Assembly: GCA_963811105.1 (NCBI GenBank)
Contig: CAWEPZ010000001.1
Coordinates: forward strand, 32,001-96,000
Source of the DNA: Candidatus Bathyarchaeota archaeon
Lineage (GTDB): Archaea > Thermoproteota > Bathyarchaeia > Bathyarchaeales > Bathycorpusculaceae
Reading direction: 5' to 3'
DNA: 64,000 bases
In this document: in pieces, positions 11,334 to 19,709 of the stretch
Layout of the letters: each line of letters starts with the position of its first letter
Position numbering within the stretch: the first letter of the stretch is position 1
The notes under the pieces: model-generated
What the model saw: the letters and a program-made list of their open reading frames with translations, nothing else
Databases searched by the model: none
What the model was told of the DNA's origin: nothing
Position numbers and translations under genes: made by a program

Positions 11334-11771
11334 CTGACAACCGGCATAAAAATCACATGCGACGAAATGCGTTACATAGCTTTGTTTGAAAGCATAAGCG
11401 GCGCCAGCGTTAAAGATTGTATTGTAGACGAAGTAGAACAACGGGCGATATTCATCGTAAACCAAGGCCAAGTAGGGGTAGCCATTGGAAAAGGCGGTAG
11501 AAACATCCACACACTTGAACGAATGACAGGCAAAAAACACGAAATCATCGAGTACAGCGAAGACCCAGTTACATTCATGAAAAACGCCTTAAAACCAGCA
11601 GCAGTAAGAGAAGTGCGCGTTACAGAAAGAACTGATGGCAAGAAGATGGCAGTCATAACAGTCAACCCCAAAGATAAAGGCGTCGCAATAGGCAAGAACG
11701 GCAAAAACGCCGAACGTCTGCGATTTTTAGCAAAACGGTATTTCGATATTCAGAACGTAAGCATCACCTAA
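11334..11771 (+). CDS. nusA: Archaeal NusA (KH domains), probable CTG start
   Basis: GVAIGKGGRNI and GVAIGKNGKN KH motifs; in-frame extension (M)TTGIKITCDEMRY from CTG at 11334, 7 nt after GGAGG. Confidence 0.95.
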   Translation: MTTGIKITCDEMRYIALFESISGASVKDCIVDEVEQRAIFIVNQGQVGVAIGKGGRNIHTLERMTGKKHEIIEYSEDPVTFMKNALKPAAVREVRVTERTDGKKMAVITVNPKDKGVAIGKNGKNAERLRFLAKRYFDIQNVSIT

Positions 11772-11971
11772 ACTGTCCTTTCGGATATTAGGCGATGAAA
11801 CGTAACTGCTTCATCGTATATTGTTAAGCTTAAATTTTTGAGATCCCAAAACTGAGAATAAAAGCATTTGTTGCTTAATTCAGAACACGACTATTACAAT
11901 ATATTTAGCAAAGCTCTCTTGAAAAGCATAAGGATTGTTTGATTTCAGGTTTATTTTTGAGCTAACGATAG

Positions 11972-12586
11972 CTAATCGTTTTCATCTTCTTGTTCTGCTT
12001 CTTCTTTGGGTTCAGCAACTTCAGCCTTTTTAGGTTCACTTAACAGAAGCATGTTGATTAGTGCTTTCTGATCAACTTCCGCTCTTGTTCGCCAATCCAA
12101 GAATAGGATTCCATTATCGTCTTGTCCAAGGTAGCCGTAGCGGATATAGCGGTCGATGTTTAAGCCGATTTTCCAATTTGGCATTTTCTCGCTTAGAAGT
12201 TTTTCAATGTCTTTTCGTGGTATTTGCCCTTTCTTGCTAATGATGTAAGAAATTGTTATGGCAAGGCCTGCTAAATCGTCGATGCGCCAGCCAATCAGTT
12301 TATCTTTAGTCTGCAAGTCGCCGCTTAGTGCAACGTAGAATCTTGCTTTATCCAACTCCTCCACTGTAGGTTTTTCTGGGGTTTTTTCTTCTTCAAAAAC
12401 CGTTTTAACATGCAATTCCAACGGTTTCAGATAATCGTCGAGTAAATCGAGTACTTTAGGGTAGTCTGCACCTAATGCTTTGTGCAACTCAAAGCCTCTT
12501 ACGCCTGGTTTCTGGTGTCGTTTGTAGAAGAGCATCTGGGTTGCCTTCTTGATTTTGCCTCCGTAGGTTCCTTTCTTCTTGCTCAA
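11972..12586 (-). CDS. KITE-family (ScpB/Nse1/Nse3-MAGE-like) tandem winged-helix protein
   Basis: Two predicted WH units; LAGLAITISYIISKKG and ILFLDWRTRAEVD resemble MAGE/Nse3 WH-B; TTG start overlaps the upstream stop (TTGA). Confidence 0.7.
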   Translation of the reverse strand: MSKKKGTYGGKIKKATQMLFYKRHQKPGVRGFELHKALGADYPKVLDLLDDYLKPLELHVKTVFEEEKTPEKPTVEELDKARFYVALSGDLQTKDKLIGWRIDDLAGLAITISYIISKKGQIPRKDIEKLLSEKMPNWKIGLNIDRYIRYGYLGQDDNGILFLDWRTRAEVDQKALINMLLLSEPKKAEVAEPKEEAEQEDEND

Positions 12587-13410
12587 TCTAATTCTCCTCT
12601 TTTCCATTTCTGCCAATCTTCACTTGAAATGGCAATTGGAACAGATGTTGACTGCAATGTTAAAGGCTCCGTTCGGGGTTTGTCGAAGGCTTTTATGAAA
12701 ATCGTTTCTTCTAACCTGTCAATTTCTAACGTAGCGTAGCCATACGTAACTAAAAAGCTGGTTAAGAAGGCTCTTTGCACTGTTTTTTCGTAGGTTTCAG
12801 CACCTATGAAATCCCAATAGAGAACTTTGCCGTTTTGACCTCTCTTGGCAACACAGTTTTTGAGTTCTTGCCAATAATGGCTCAATTCATCAGAAAATTC
12901 TTTATCACTTAAAACTCTCTGCTTGATCAGTTCTTCTCTACTTGCGAACCCCATTAAGACTTCACTGGGTGGCAGATCTTTCCATCTTTCACTAATAGGA
13001 GCTAATGCATCCCAATAAAGCAAGCCCTGCGCTAACGTGTTTAGACTTATTTGTTCAAACTCAATTAACGGATTCCATGCCCTTAGAAAAACTTCAACCA
13101 TTTCTTGTTTATCCATCTGCAGGATTTTTTCTTCCAGCAAAAACGGGTCGGTGTAGAGCAAATTTGACCTTTGTTTTACCCATTCACTTTGTAATTTAAT
13201 GACTGTAGCTAAATGGTGGAGCGCCTCAGCATCAAGTTTTAGTTCCTCAGGATTTTCCCAATGTGGAAAATACTCTTTCACGACTTTAATTATTTCGTCA
13301 ACGTTAAACGTGAAGGGCTCAACCATGCGGTTTTCTATAGTAATGCACATTTCAATTATGCGCTCAAGCTTTTCCTTACCTAATGATTTATGTTGCTTTA
13401 TCTTCTGCAT
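12583..13410 (-). CDS. Kleisin (ScpA/Nse4-like)
   Basis: N-terminal EPFTFNVDEII...EELKLDAEALHHLATVIKLQS; C-terminal WH YWDFIGAETYEKTVQRAFLTSFLVTYGYATL; TAATG coupling to the SMC gene. Confidence 0.75.
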   Translation of the reverse strand: MQKIKQHKSLGKEKLERIIEMCITIENRMVEPFTFNVDEIIKVVKEYFPHWENPEELKLDAEALHHLATVIKLQSEWVKQRSNLLYTDPFLLEEKILQMDKQEMVEVFLRAWNPLIEFEQISLNTLAQGLLYWDALAPISERWKDLPPSEVLMGFASREELIKQRVLSDKEFSDELSHYWQELKNCVAKRGQNGKVLYWDFIGAETYEKTVQRAFLTSFLVTYGYATLEIDRLEETIFIKAFDKPRTEPLTLQSTSVPIAISSEDWQKWKRGELD

Positions 13411-15335
13411 TAGGCAGCCACCTCACGAACCACGGATTTTCCCTCAACATTCTGAACCGTAATGATGTTAGCGTCCTGTTGAGCAAAGGTGATTTGGCTT
13501 GGAGTAATAACGACGTACTGAGCATTAGCGTCTTTAATTATAGAAAGCAAGATTTTTGCAATCATTTCGCGATTCTTAGGGTCCATATGAATGTCATATT
13601 CGTCAACTGCCCGAAATGGGGAACGCACGTGTTGTTGGAGGGCTAATAGGAAACTCATTGTGGCTGTAGTTCGTTCGCCCCCGCTTTGTGTATGCGCGTC
13701 AAGCGCAACGGGTTTTCCTCCTTTGAAGCCAACCAATATTTCTAAACCTGCTGTTTCAATATCTTGAGCGTTTGAGAGTTGCACTTCGCCGGTTGCAAAG
13801 GTCTGGCTCATAATTCGCTGATACTCTAAGTTAACGCGTTCAAGCAGATTTTCCATGACTGTTTTCCAGGATTGCATTCGTATTTTGACTTCTTCAAGGG
13901 TTTTTTCTCGGTTGTCAGCTACAAGTTGGGCTTTGTCTTTAAGTTCCAAATAGAGTTTAGAGTACGATTCATACTGGCGTTCGATATCTTCTGAAACATC
14001 AGAAAGCGCCGCCAAATGTCCATCTGTCAGGCGGATTTCATCTTGAATGTCATTCGCGCTTTTAATAACTGCTATTCGTTCACCTGACAACTCAGCTTTT
14101 TGAATTGTTACCTTCAGGTTCTCTTGAATTTCCTTTAATGACTTTTCAATATCTTTCAAATTAATAGTAGCGTTTGCCCGCTTAAACTCCAAAAGCGCAA
14201 AATGCACTCGTTTGTCCAAAACCTCCTCCGTAAGTTTGGTGACAGAGTCCTCCAAATTCAGCATTTTTGTTTGATTATCTTTAATTTGCTCGCTTACCTT
14301 ACCGATTTGCAGCTGAGCTTTTTCGAGGATTTCTTTGAGGTTTTCATTTCTAAGAAGCTTAAGTTGGCTTTGGCTACCTTGTGTAATTTGCTCCAGCGCT
14401 TGTGTCTCTTCAAGCAGCTGTCCAATTAGTGATTGTGTGGATTGATTTTGGGCGATTTCACGTTCAAGGCTTAAACGTTCGTCAAAAGCTGTCCTATTTT
14501 CTTTTTTGAGTGTTTCTTGCTTGTTCTGCTGACTACTTAATCGGTTGGATGTGGCTTGTTTTTCTTCTTCAATTTTTGCCAGCCCATCCTTGTTTTTGTT
14601 TAGGTTAGTTTGTAAGCTTTTTAGAGTGTTTTCGCGTTTTTCAACTTCTGCCCAGGCCAACTCTCGTTCCAAAAAACGCCGTTTTATCAGAAGCTGCTTT
14701 TTCTCTTGGTATTTTTCATATTGTTCACGCCAGTAATTGAGCGTTTGTTGTGCTTGTTCTAAGAGTTTGGTTACGGATTCTTCTTGTGTGAGTATTCGCA
14801 TTAGTTTTGTTTTTGCCTGAAGTACGTTTTCGCGAAAAGGCTCTAGCCCAACCGCTGCTTCAACTATGCGCAGTTTCTCAATATTGCTTAGAACTGTAAA
14901 TTGCTCGACCATGTTCTGATGCATGATAATTAGCATGTTGTCCGGGTCAACACCAAACCTTCCAAGCAACCTATCAACATCTTGTTTGCCCACAGCTTTA
15001 TTTTCCAAGTCAAAGTAGTATTTTCCGTCTCGCCGCAAAACACGGGTTAGGAAAAGTTGGTCCTTGGAGTATTTCGGCACGGGACGTTTGTTGCCTTGCT
15101 TGCTGTTATCTAAAATTAATGTGACTCGTGCTTGGTCTTTTCCCCATCGAATTAAGTCGCTGAGTTTTCGTGAGCGCTCCGTGTACGATTGACCTAAAGC
15201 AACTGATATTGCCAAAAGGAGAGAGGATTTTCCAGCGCCATTTGGTCCACCAATCACATTTACTCCTTGTTTAAGGGGCACCCGAGCGTACTCATAACTC
15301 ATGAAATTTTCGAGTATAACTTCTTGGATTAACAT
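13410..15335 (-). CDS. Short SMC-family ATPase with Smc5/6-like head motifs
   Basis: LENFMSY, Walker A GPNGAGKS, long coiled coil, signature QSGGE, Walker B/D-loop SPFRAVDEYDIHMD; 641 aa; no hinge or CxxC hook visible. Confidence 0.9.
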   Translation of the reverse strand: MLIQEVILENFMSYEYARVPLKQGVNVIGGPNGAGKSSLLLAISVALGQSYTERSRKLSDLIRWGKDQARVTLILDNSKQGNKRPVPKYSKDQLFLTRVLRRDGKYYFDLENKAVGKQDVDRLLGRFGVDPDNMLIIMHQNMVEQFTVLSNIEKLRIVEAAVGLEPFRENVLQAKTKLMRILTQEESVTKLLEQAQQTLNYWREQYEKYQEKKQLLIKRRFLERELAWAEVEKRENTLKSLQTNLNKNKDGLAKIEEEKQATSNRLSSQQNKQETLKKENRTAFDERLSLEREIAQNQSTQSLIGQLLEETQALEQITQGSQSQLKLLRNENLKEILEKAQLQIGKVSEQIKDNQTKMLNLEDSVTKLTEEVLDKRVHFALLEFKRANATINLKDIEKSLKEIQENLKVTIQKAELSGERIAVIKSANDIQDEIRLTDGHLAALSDVSEDIERQYESYSKLYLELKDKAQLVADNREKTLEEVKIRMQSWKTVMENLLERVNLEYQRIMSQTFATGEVQLSNAQDIETAGLEILVGFKGGKPVALDAHTQSGGERTTATMSFLLALQQHVRSPFRAVDEYDIHMDPKNREMIAKILLSIIKDANAQYVVITPSQITFAQQDANIITVQNVEGKSVVREVAA

Positions 15336-15659
15336 TAAAGATTCTTAGCCTCTAATTCGAGCGTCCTATCTATGGAAAAACGCCTTATTAAAACAATATC
15401 AACCAAAATGGAGATATCTCCCGCACATCTTCCCCTTTTTCTGATGTTTTCGTCTGTTGTCTTCTTCTCTACGTTAGTTTGAGTAGTTTGGAGGTTTCTT
15501 CTTGATTGAATTTTACGTTGAAGCAGTGGAGACTTTTTGCGGTAAGAAGCGCTGTCAAGTTTTGATTTCTCTGCGTGTACCGGGGCTGCTTAAAGAGAAT
15601 ATGATTATGGATGTTCCTGAATCATGTAATTGCGAAGATGGTTGCAGCAAGGGAGCGTT

Positions 15660-15722
15660 TTATCTTTTGAAGGCTAGTACTTGGAGGACGTCTATGTACA
15701 TTTTAAGTTTAGAGCGTCTTGT
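15660..15722 (-). pseudogene. Truncated winged-helix regulator (paralog of 22445-22750)
   Basis: TRRSKLKMYIDVLQVLAFKR* matches the N-terminus MRRSQLEMHLEILEVL, then stops. Confidence 0.6.
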
Positions 15723-15882
15723 TGGGAACTTTCACTTCTATGTTTGTAAAGCAATAGAGGTTTAACTGTGCCTGGTTTAATACTTCAAATCTGCTTTCGA
15801 ATGCTGTAAGGCGATCATCTAAAAGTATGTCTTGCATTCCAGCTGAGAGGGTTTCGGTGTTTTCATTTAGGGCTTCAGCCAT
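15709..15882 (-). CDS. Small hypothetical protein
   Basis: MAEALNENTETLSAGMQDILLDDRLTAFESRFEVLNQAQ...; overlaps the wHTH remnant as in a coupled pair; frame continues upstream without a canonical start. Confidence 0.5.
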   Translation of the reverse strand: MAEALNENTETLSAGMQDILLDDRLTAFESRFEVLNQAQLNLYCFTNIEVKVPNKTL

Positions 15883-16007
15883 CTTATTTTTTAGTTTCTT
15901 CCTGTTTTTGCTTGTTAGTTGATATAGAAAACCTCAACAATTCAAAAAAATCCTTATTATTAAGTTAACACGCGTATCATAGACTACTTTCACAGGCATT
16001 ATCAAAG

Positions 16008-17099
16008 ATGGGAGGGGATTCCAAATCAATGAATGGAGAAAAAATGACTCGCCGAAGACGTGAGACATTCTGGTTGGGGTTGCGTATCTATCGAGGGCTA
16101 TTATCAAACTTACTCGGAGTTAAGGTGCCAATGTTTTGTGGGCACAAATTAACATACAATTGCAATCTTCGATGCAAAATGTGCCCCTTCTGGAAAAGGT
16201 CCGCCAAAGATTCCAGTACAGCGCAAGAAAAAATGATTCTTAGGCAAATTCATGATTCAGGTGCTTGTGCAATTGCCTTTGAAGGCGGAGAACCACTCCT
16301 GAGAAAGGACTTGGTCGAAATTCTTGCTTTTTCTAGATCTCTGCCTTTGCACACAAGCCTCATAACTAATGGAACTCTCCTAGAATCCAAAATAGACGAA
16401 ATAGCACAATACATCAATGGCGCCCTCTATGTTTCATTAGATGGTCTAGAAAAAACTCATGACACAATTAGAGGCGTTAATGGTTGTTTTAGAAAAGCTT
16501 TGGAAGGCATAACTGCATCTAGAGACAAAGTTTCTGTGACAATCAACACCACGATAATGGCTGAGAATATTTATGAGATTGAAGATTTAGTGAAGTTGGC
16601 AAAGGAATTGGATGTAAAAATATCCGTGGCTACAGCGCATGATTACTACTACGCCAAGGCGTCCGCAGCTAAAAGTCAAGAAATCAAAGAGATAGCTGGA
16701 AAACTAGTCGAGATGAAAAAAAAGGGGTACCCGCTTGTAAATTCAGCCAGCTATTTAAGAGTCATTGAAAAAGAGAAAACATGGAGCTGCAAACCTTGGG
16801 CGACAGTTAACGTTGGTCCAGAGGGCCATTTGGTTCTGCCCTGTTATGTTCGGAATGAATATGCTAATAGCGTTTCTGTTTTAGAAACCAGTATTAAAAC
16901 TGCAATCTCCAAATTTGACTGGAGTGAAACACAAAACTGCCAAAGCTGCAATCTGCATTGTTACGTAGAGCCGTCTCTTGTGCTTTCAGGAGATTTTCGC
17001 ACATACCTAGATTGGATAATGCTTCTCGGAACTGACCGATTACAGAAAAAGCCCTTTTCCAATTCACCCAACAGAAAGCCAGCGCCTTTAAGCCCTTAG
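16008..17099 (+). CDS. Radical SAM protein with a C-terminal Cys-rich (SPASM/twitch-like) region, PTO1314-like
   Basis: GHKLTYNCNLRCKMCPFW, EGGEPLLR, C-terminal CQSCNLHC. Confidence 0.85.
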   Translation: MGGDSKSMNGEKMTRRRRETFWLGLRIYRGLLSNLLGVKVPMFCGHKLTYNCNLRCKMCPFWKRSAKDSSTAQEKMILRQIHDSGACAIAFEGGEPLLRKDLVEILAFSRSLPLHTSLITNGTLLESKIDEIAQYINGALYVSLDGLEKTHDTIRGVNGCFRKALEGITASRDKVSVTINTTIMAENIYEIEDLVKLAKELDVKISVATAHDYYYAKASAAKSQEIKEIAGKLVEMKKKGYPLVNSASYLRVIEKEKTWSCKPWATVNVGPEGHLVLPCYVRNEYANSVSVLETSIKTAISKFDWSETQNCQSCNLHCYVEPSLVLSGDFRTYLDWIMLLGTDRLQKKPFSNSPNRKPAPLSP

Positions 17100-17212
17100 A
17101 ATCAGCCCTCTCAAGATCAATACTTTCCTGTAGATATTCATTGAGAGAGGAGACACCTCCAGCTAAAGAACACTGATTTAACATTGACAATGCAGGATGA
17201 ACGCACTCTAAG

Positions 17213-18091
17213 TTAGAAGTGTTTCATGATAAAATCCCTAATGGCTCTATGACCGGTCATGAGTTCAACTATCTTTTTTGTAACTTGCGTTATTTGAGTA
17301 TCAAATAATCTTGTCATAGCCAGGGAAAATACAAACACAAACGTGCCGATTATTATACTTTCAATAACATTTATTGAACCAAGATACCACACGATAAGAT
17401 ATGTAACCGCTGCACTTATGAGCCCCATTAGAAAAGATCTTATTATAAAATAAAGTCGCTGCAACCACGTAGAAAACAACAGAACCTTGATTACTGCTCT
17501 TTTCTCTAACTCATTTTCAGCCCCAGATTTTTCACCGCTTATCTTTTGCAAAACCCCTTTTGCATAATGAACATCGGACAAACGCAACATCATTTTAGCA
17601 TAACGAGCGTCTGACAAATCCGCGGAACTCGCAGATTCAAGCTCTAACAAAATCCTTCGCGATATTTCATCTATTTCAGCATCTACTCTCTCTATTTTAG
17701 CATCTTTAGTTACCATGGTAACCGTAACAATGCTTTTCTCTGGTTTCGAGGTAGCTGGGCGCTGGGAAAATCTCAATTGTTTCCTTATGATTAAGAGAAG
17801 CGCTAAAAGAATCAGTGCACCAATAACGCCTGAAGAGATGCCTGTGATGTACCAAGCTTTCCACGCTGGCATCAAGGTCATGAGGTACTTCAGCGACCCT
17901 ATTAGGATAAAGAGTGAAGCAGACCCGATGAATGAAATTGCAAGAGCAGTCAAAACGCTGAAAATTATGATTGTGATTAGAAGCTTTTTGAGGCGTTTCT
18001 TAATAGCAGTCCCTGTTTCATTTAGGTATTCTTTCAAAATGGCTTTTGTCTCATTGAACAATGCTTCGATAATTTCCTTTATTGTGGGCAT
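17213..18091 (-). CDS. Membrane protein with N-terminal holin-like (YqjE-type) helices and a second two-TM module
   Basis: 292 aa; two pairs of hydrophobic helices separated by a soluble linker. Confidence 0.6.
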   Translation of the reverse strand: MPTIKEIIEALFNETKAILKEYLNETGTAIKKRLKKLLITIIIFSVLTALAISFIGSASLFILIGSLKYLMTLMPAWKAWYITGISSGVIGALILLALLLIIRKQLRFSQRPATSKPEKSIVTVTMVTKDAKIERVDAEIDEISRRILLELESASSADLSDARYAKMMLRLSDVHYAKGVLQKISGEKSGAENELEKRAVIKVLLFSTWLQRLYFIIRSFLMGLISAAVTYLIVWYLGSINVIESIIIGTFVFVFSLAMTRLFDTQITQVTKKIVELMTGHRAIRDFIMKHF

Positions 18092-18377
18092 TTAATCATT
18101 ACTCCTTCGTCTAAAAAGCAACCTGGTCATAAACTTAACCGTCAATGCGATCCCCAATGTCAACAAAGGTCACTTTCGAATTTGTCATCACGTGTTGAGT
18201 CTGGTAACTATTTAAGCAATCTCCACTATGTAGTAGTGCAAAAGCTGAACACTTCTCGAAAGATACAAGGACTGAATTCTGAATGATCTGTTTTGTGGAG
18301 AGTTCGATTAATTTTCTAATAACCCATTGATCCATTGAGCTTCAAACAAGACAGCCAAATGTCAATATTATGCATTT

Positions 18378-18399
18378 GTTATTGCGTATTAACAATCAC
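18378..18399 (-). promoter_or_regulatory. 22-bp palindromic operator copy
   Basis: Minus strand GTGATTGT-TAATAC-GCAATAAC, then AAATGC-ATAATA. Confidence 0.6.
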
Positions 18400-18567
18400 A
18401 AATGAAACGGATACCCTATTTTTCTCGTTTTCGTGTACGAGTGGCTACAAAAAAAATTGATTACACGCAAAAGCAGCTAAGCCTCTAATAATGAAAAAAA
18501 TGTGTTCGGGTGGTGAGTGTTCTTAGCGAAAAAGGATGTTTTCGTACACCACCTCATGTGGTAACGG

Positions 18568-18768
18568 TTACTGCTTCTTTTGTCTTACTGCGACCTTGGC
18601 TTTCATTTCAAAGATAGTGTCTTCGCCGGTTTTCCCAACACCAAAGTTCCATTCTAATACATCCACTTCCATGTCTTTGAAGTGCGAAACCCAAGTCTCC
18701 TGGAATTCACTCCATTTCTCGCCCATCTTCTGAATCTGTTCTTTGACGTCTATTTTTTGTTCTGGCAT
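18568..18768 (-). CDS. Small hypothetical protein (66 aa)
   Basis: AGGAGGTG RBS; operator plus TATA upstream; natural composition MPEQKIDVKEQIQK... Confidence 0.75.
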   Translation of the reverse strand: MPEQKIDVKEQIQKMGEKWSEFQETWVSHFKDMEVDVLEWNFGVGKTGEDTIFEMKAKVAVRQKKQ

Positions 18769-18849
18769 AATTTGTTACACCTCCTAAAAAATCCTAAAAA
18801 ATTGCGCAAGCCTAAGTTTACAGCTAGTCATTGGTTGATTTAAGTGTGT

Positions 18850-18871
18850 GTGACTGTGAAGCTGCAACTAC
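18850..18871 (-). promoter_or_regulatory. 22-bp palindromic operator copy
   Basis: Minus strand GTAGTTGC-AGCTTC-ACAGTCAC, 6 nt, TTAAAT. Confidence 0.7.
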
Positions 18872-19026
18872 AGATGTAAGTCATTATCGTCCAAACTCGA
18901 TTGACAAAACGTTACGTGGAGAAATAAAGAAGTTTAAATCAAGAAGCAAACAAGCTGTAACTGTTTATTGACAGCCAGACATCTTAAAATAGACTGGCAA
19001 GTTAAAGATAAGTAAGGTTTTTGAAA

Positions 19027-19101
19027 ATGGGCGCACTTGATTTTCTTTTTGTCGTAGCTGCGATTCTTGTCATACTGTGGCTTCTGGGATTAGTGGAATA
19101 G
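19027..19101 (+). pseudogene. Truncated copy of the lmo0937/DUF5670-like membrane peptide gene
   Basis: MGALDFLFVVAAILVILWLLGLVE*; DNA and promoter homologous to about 25191-25325. Confidence 0.7.
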
Positions 19102-19211
19102 AACCAAGCCAGATTCCTTGTCCAGACTGCGGAAAAACCTTCAAGACCCACTCAGAAATGGAGAGACACAGAGATACAACGCACCACGAAACAAAAGGTC
19201 ACAAGGAATAA
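19098..19211 (+). pseudogene. C2H2 zinc-finger fragment
   Basis: IPCPDCGKTFKTHSEMERHRDTTH, in a different frame from the upstream ATG and with no start of its own. Confidence 0.6.
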
Positions 19212-19709
19212 CCAATAGTTCAAAAACTACAAAATCAACATATTCAAACGATATATTGTCATTGCAGGTTCCAGTCACTCTTTTAATAGAAATTCACTCG
19301 TTTTCTGTAGGTGCAATTCTTGGAAGAAACCAACAATAAGAAGAACTTCTAAAACGAATAAAAACTGAAGCTACAGGTTTAGATGTACTAAAACGATTAG
19401 AGATTGAAATTAAAGGCTCAGATGGAAAAATCAACGTTAAAAACATCTGTGTTCCAATAGATATAGTTAGGATTAGCTTGTTGAGGTTTCCAAAGAAACA
19501 ACTAATCACTTGAAAATGGTTGATGGCTTAGAAAAAGAAGCAAATGAAGAGGAATGGCATAAAGAGTGCCATCGATTGTTTGATGAATGGTTCCGAAAGT
19601 GGTTTTAGAAAAAATGATTATAAAAAAGTTCTTTAGGTTTATTCAGCTTCAATAGTCATCTCAGTTACGTACTCTAAATATCTTAGAATTACAATTCAGG
19701 GGAAGATTC

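Noticed and set aside
11972-15335. Wadjet/MksBEFG defence system or Rad50-Mre11
   Set aside because: No JetD/MksG Toprim nuclease and no Mre11, NurA or HerA neighbour; no zinc hook; gene order and sizes do not fit
19330-19610. Gene encoding EELLKRIKTEA...EWFRKWF
   Set aside because: No start codon and a broken frame; probably a remnant that I cannot assign
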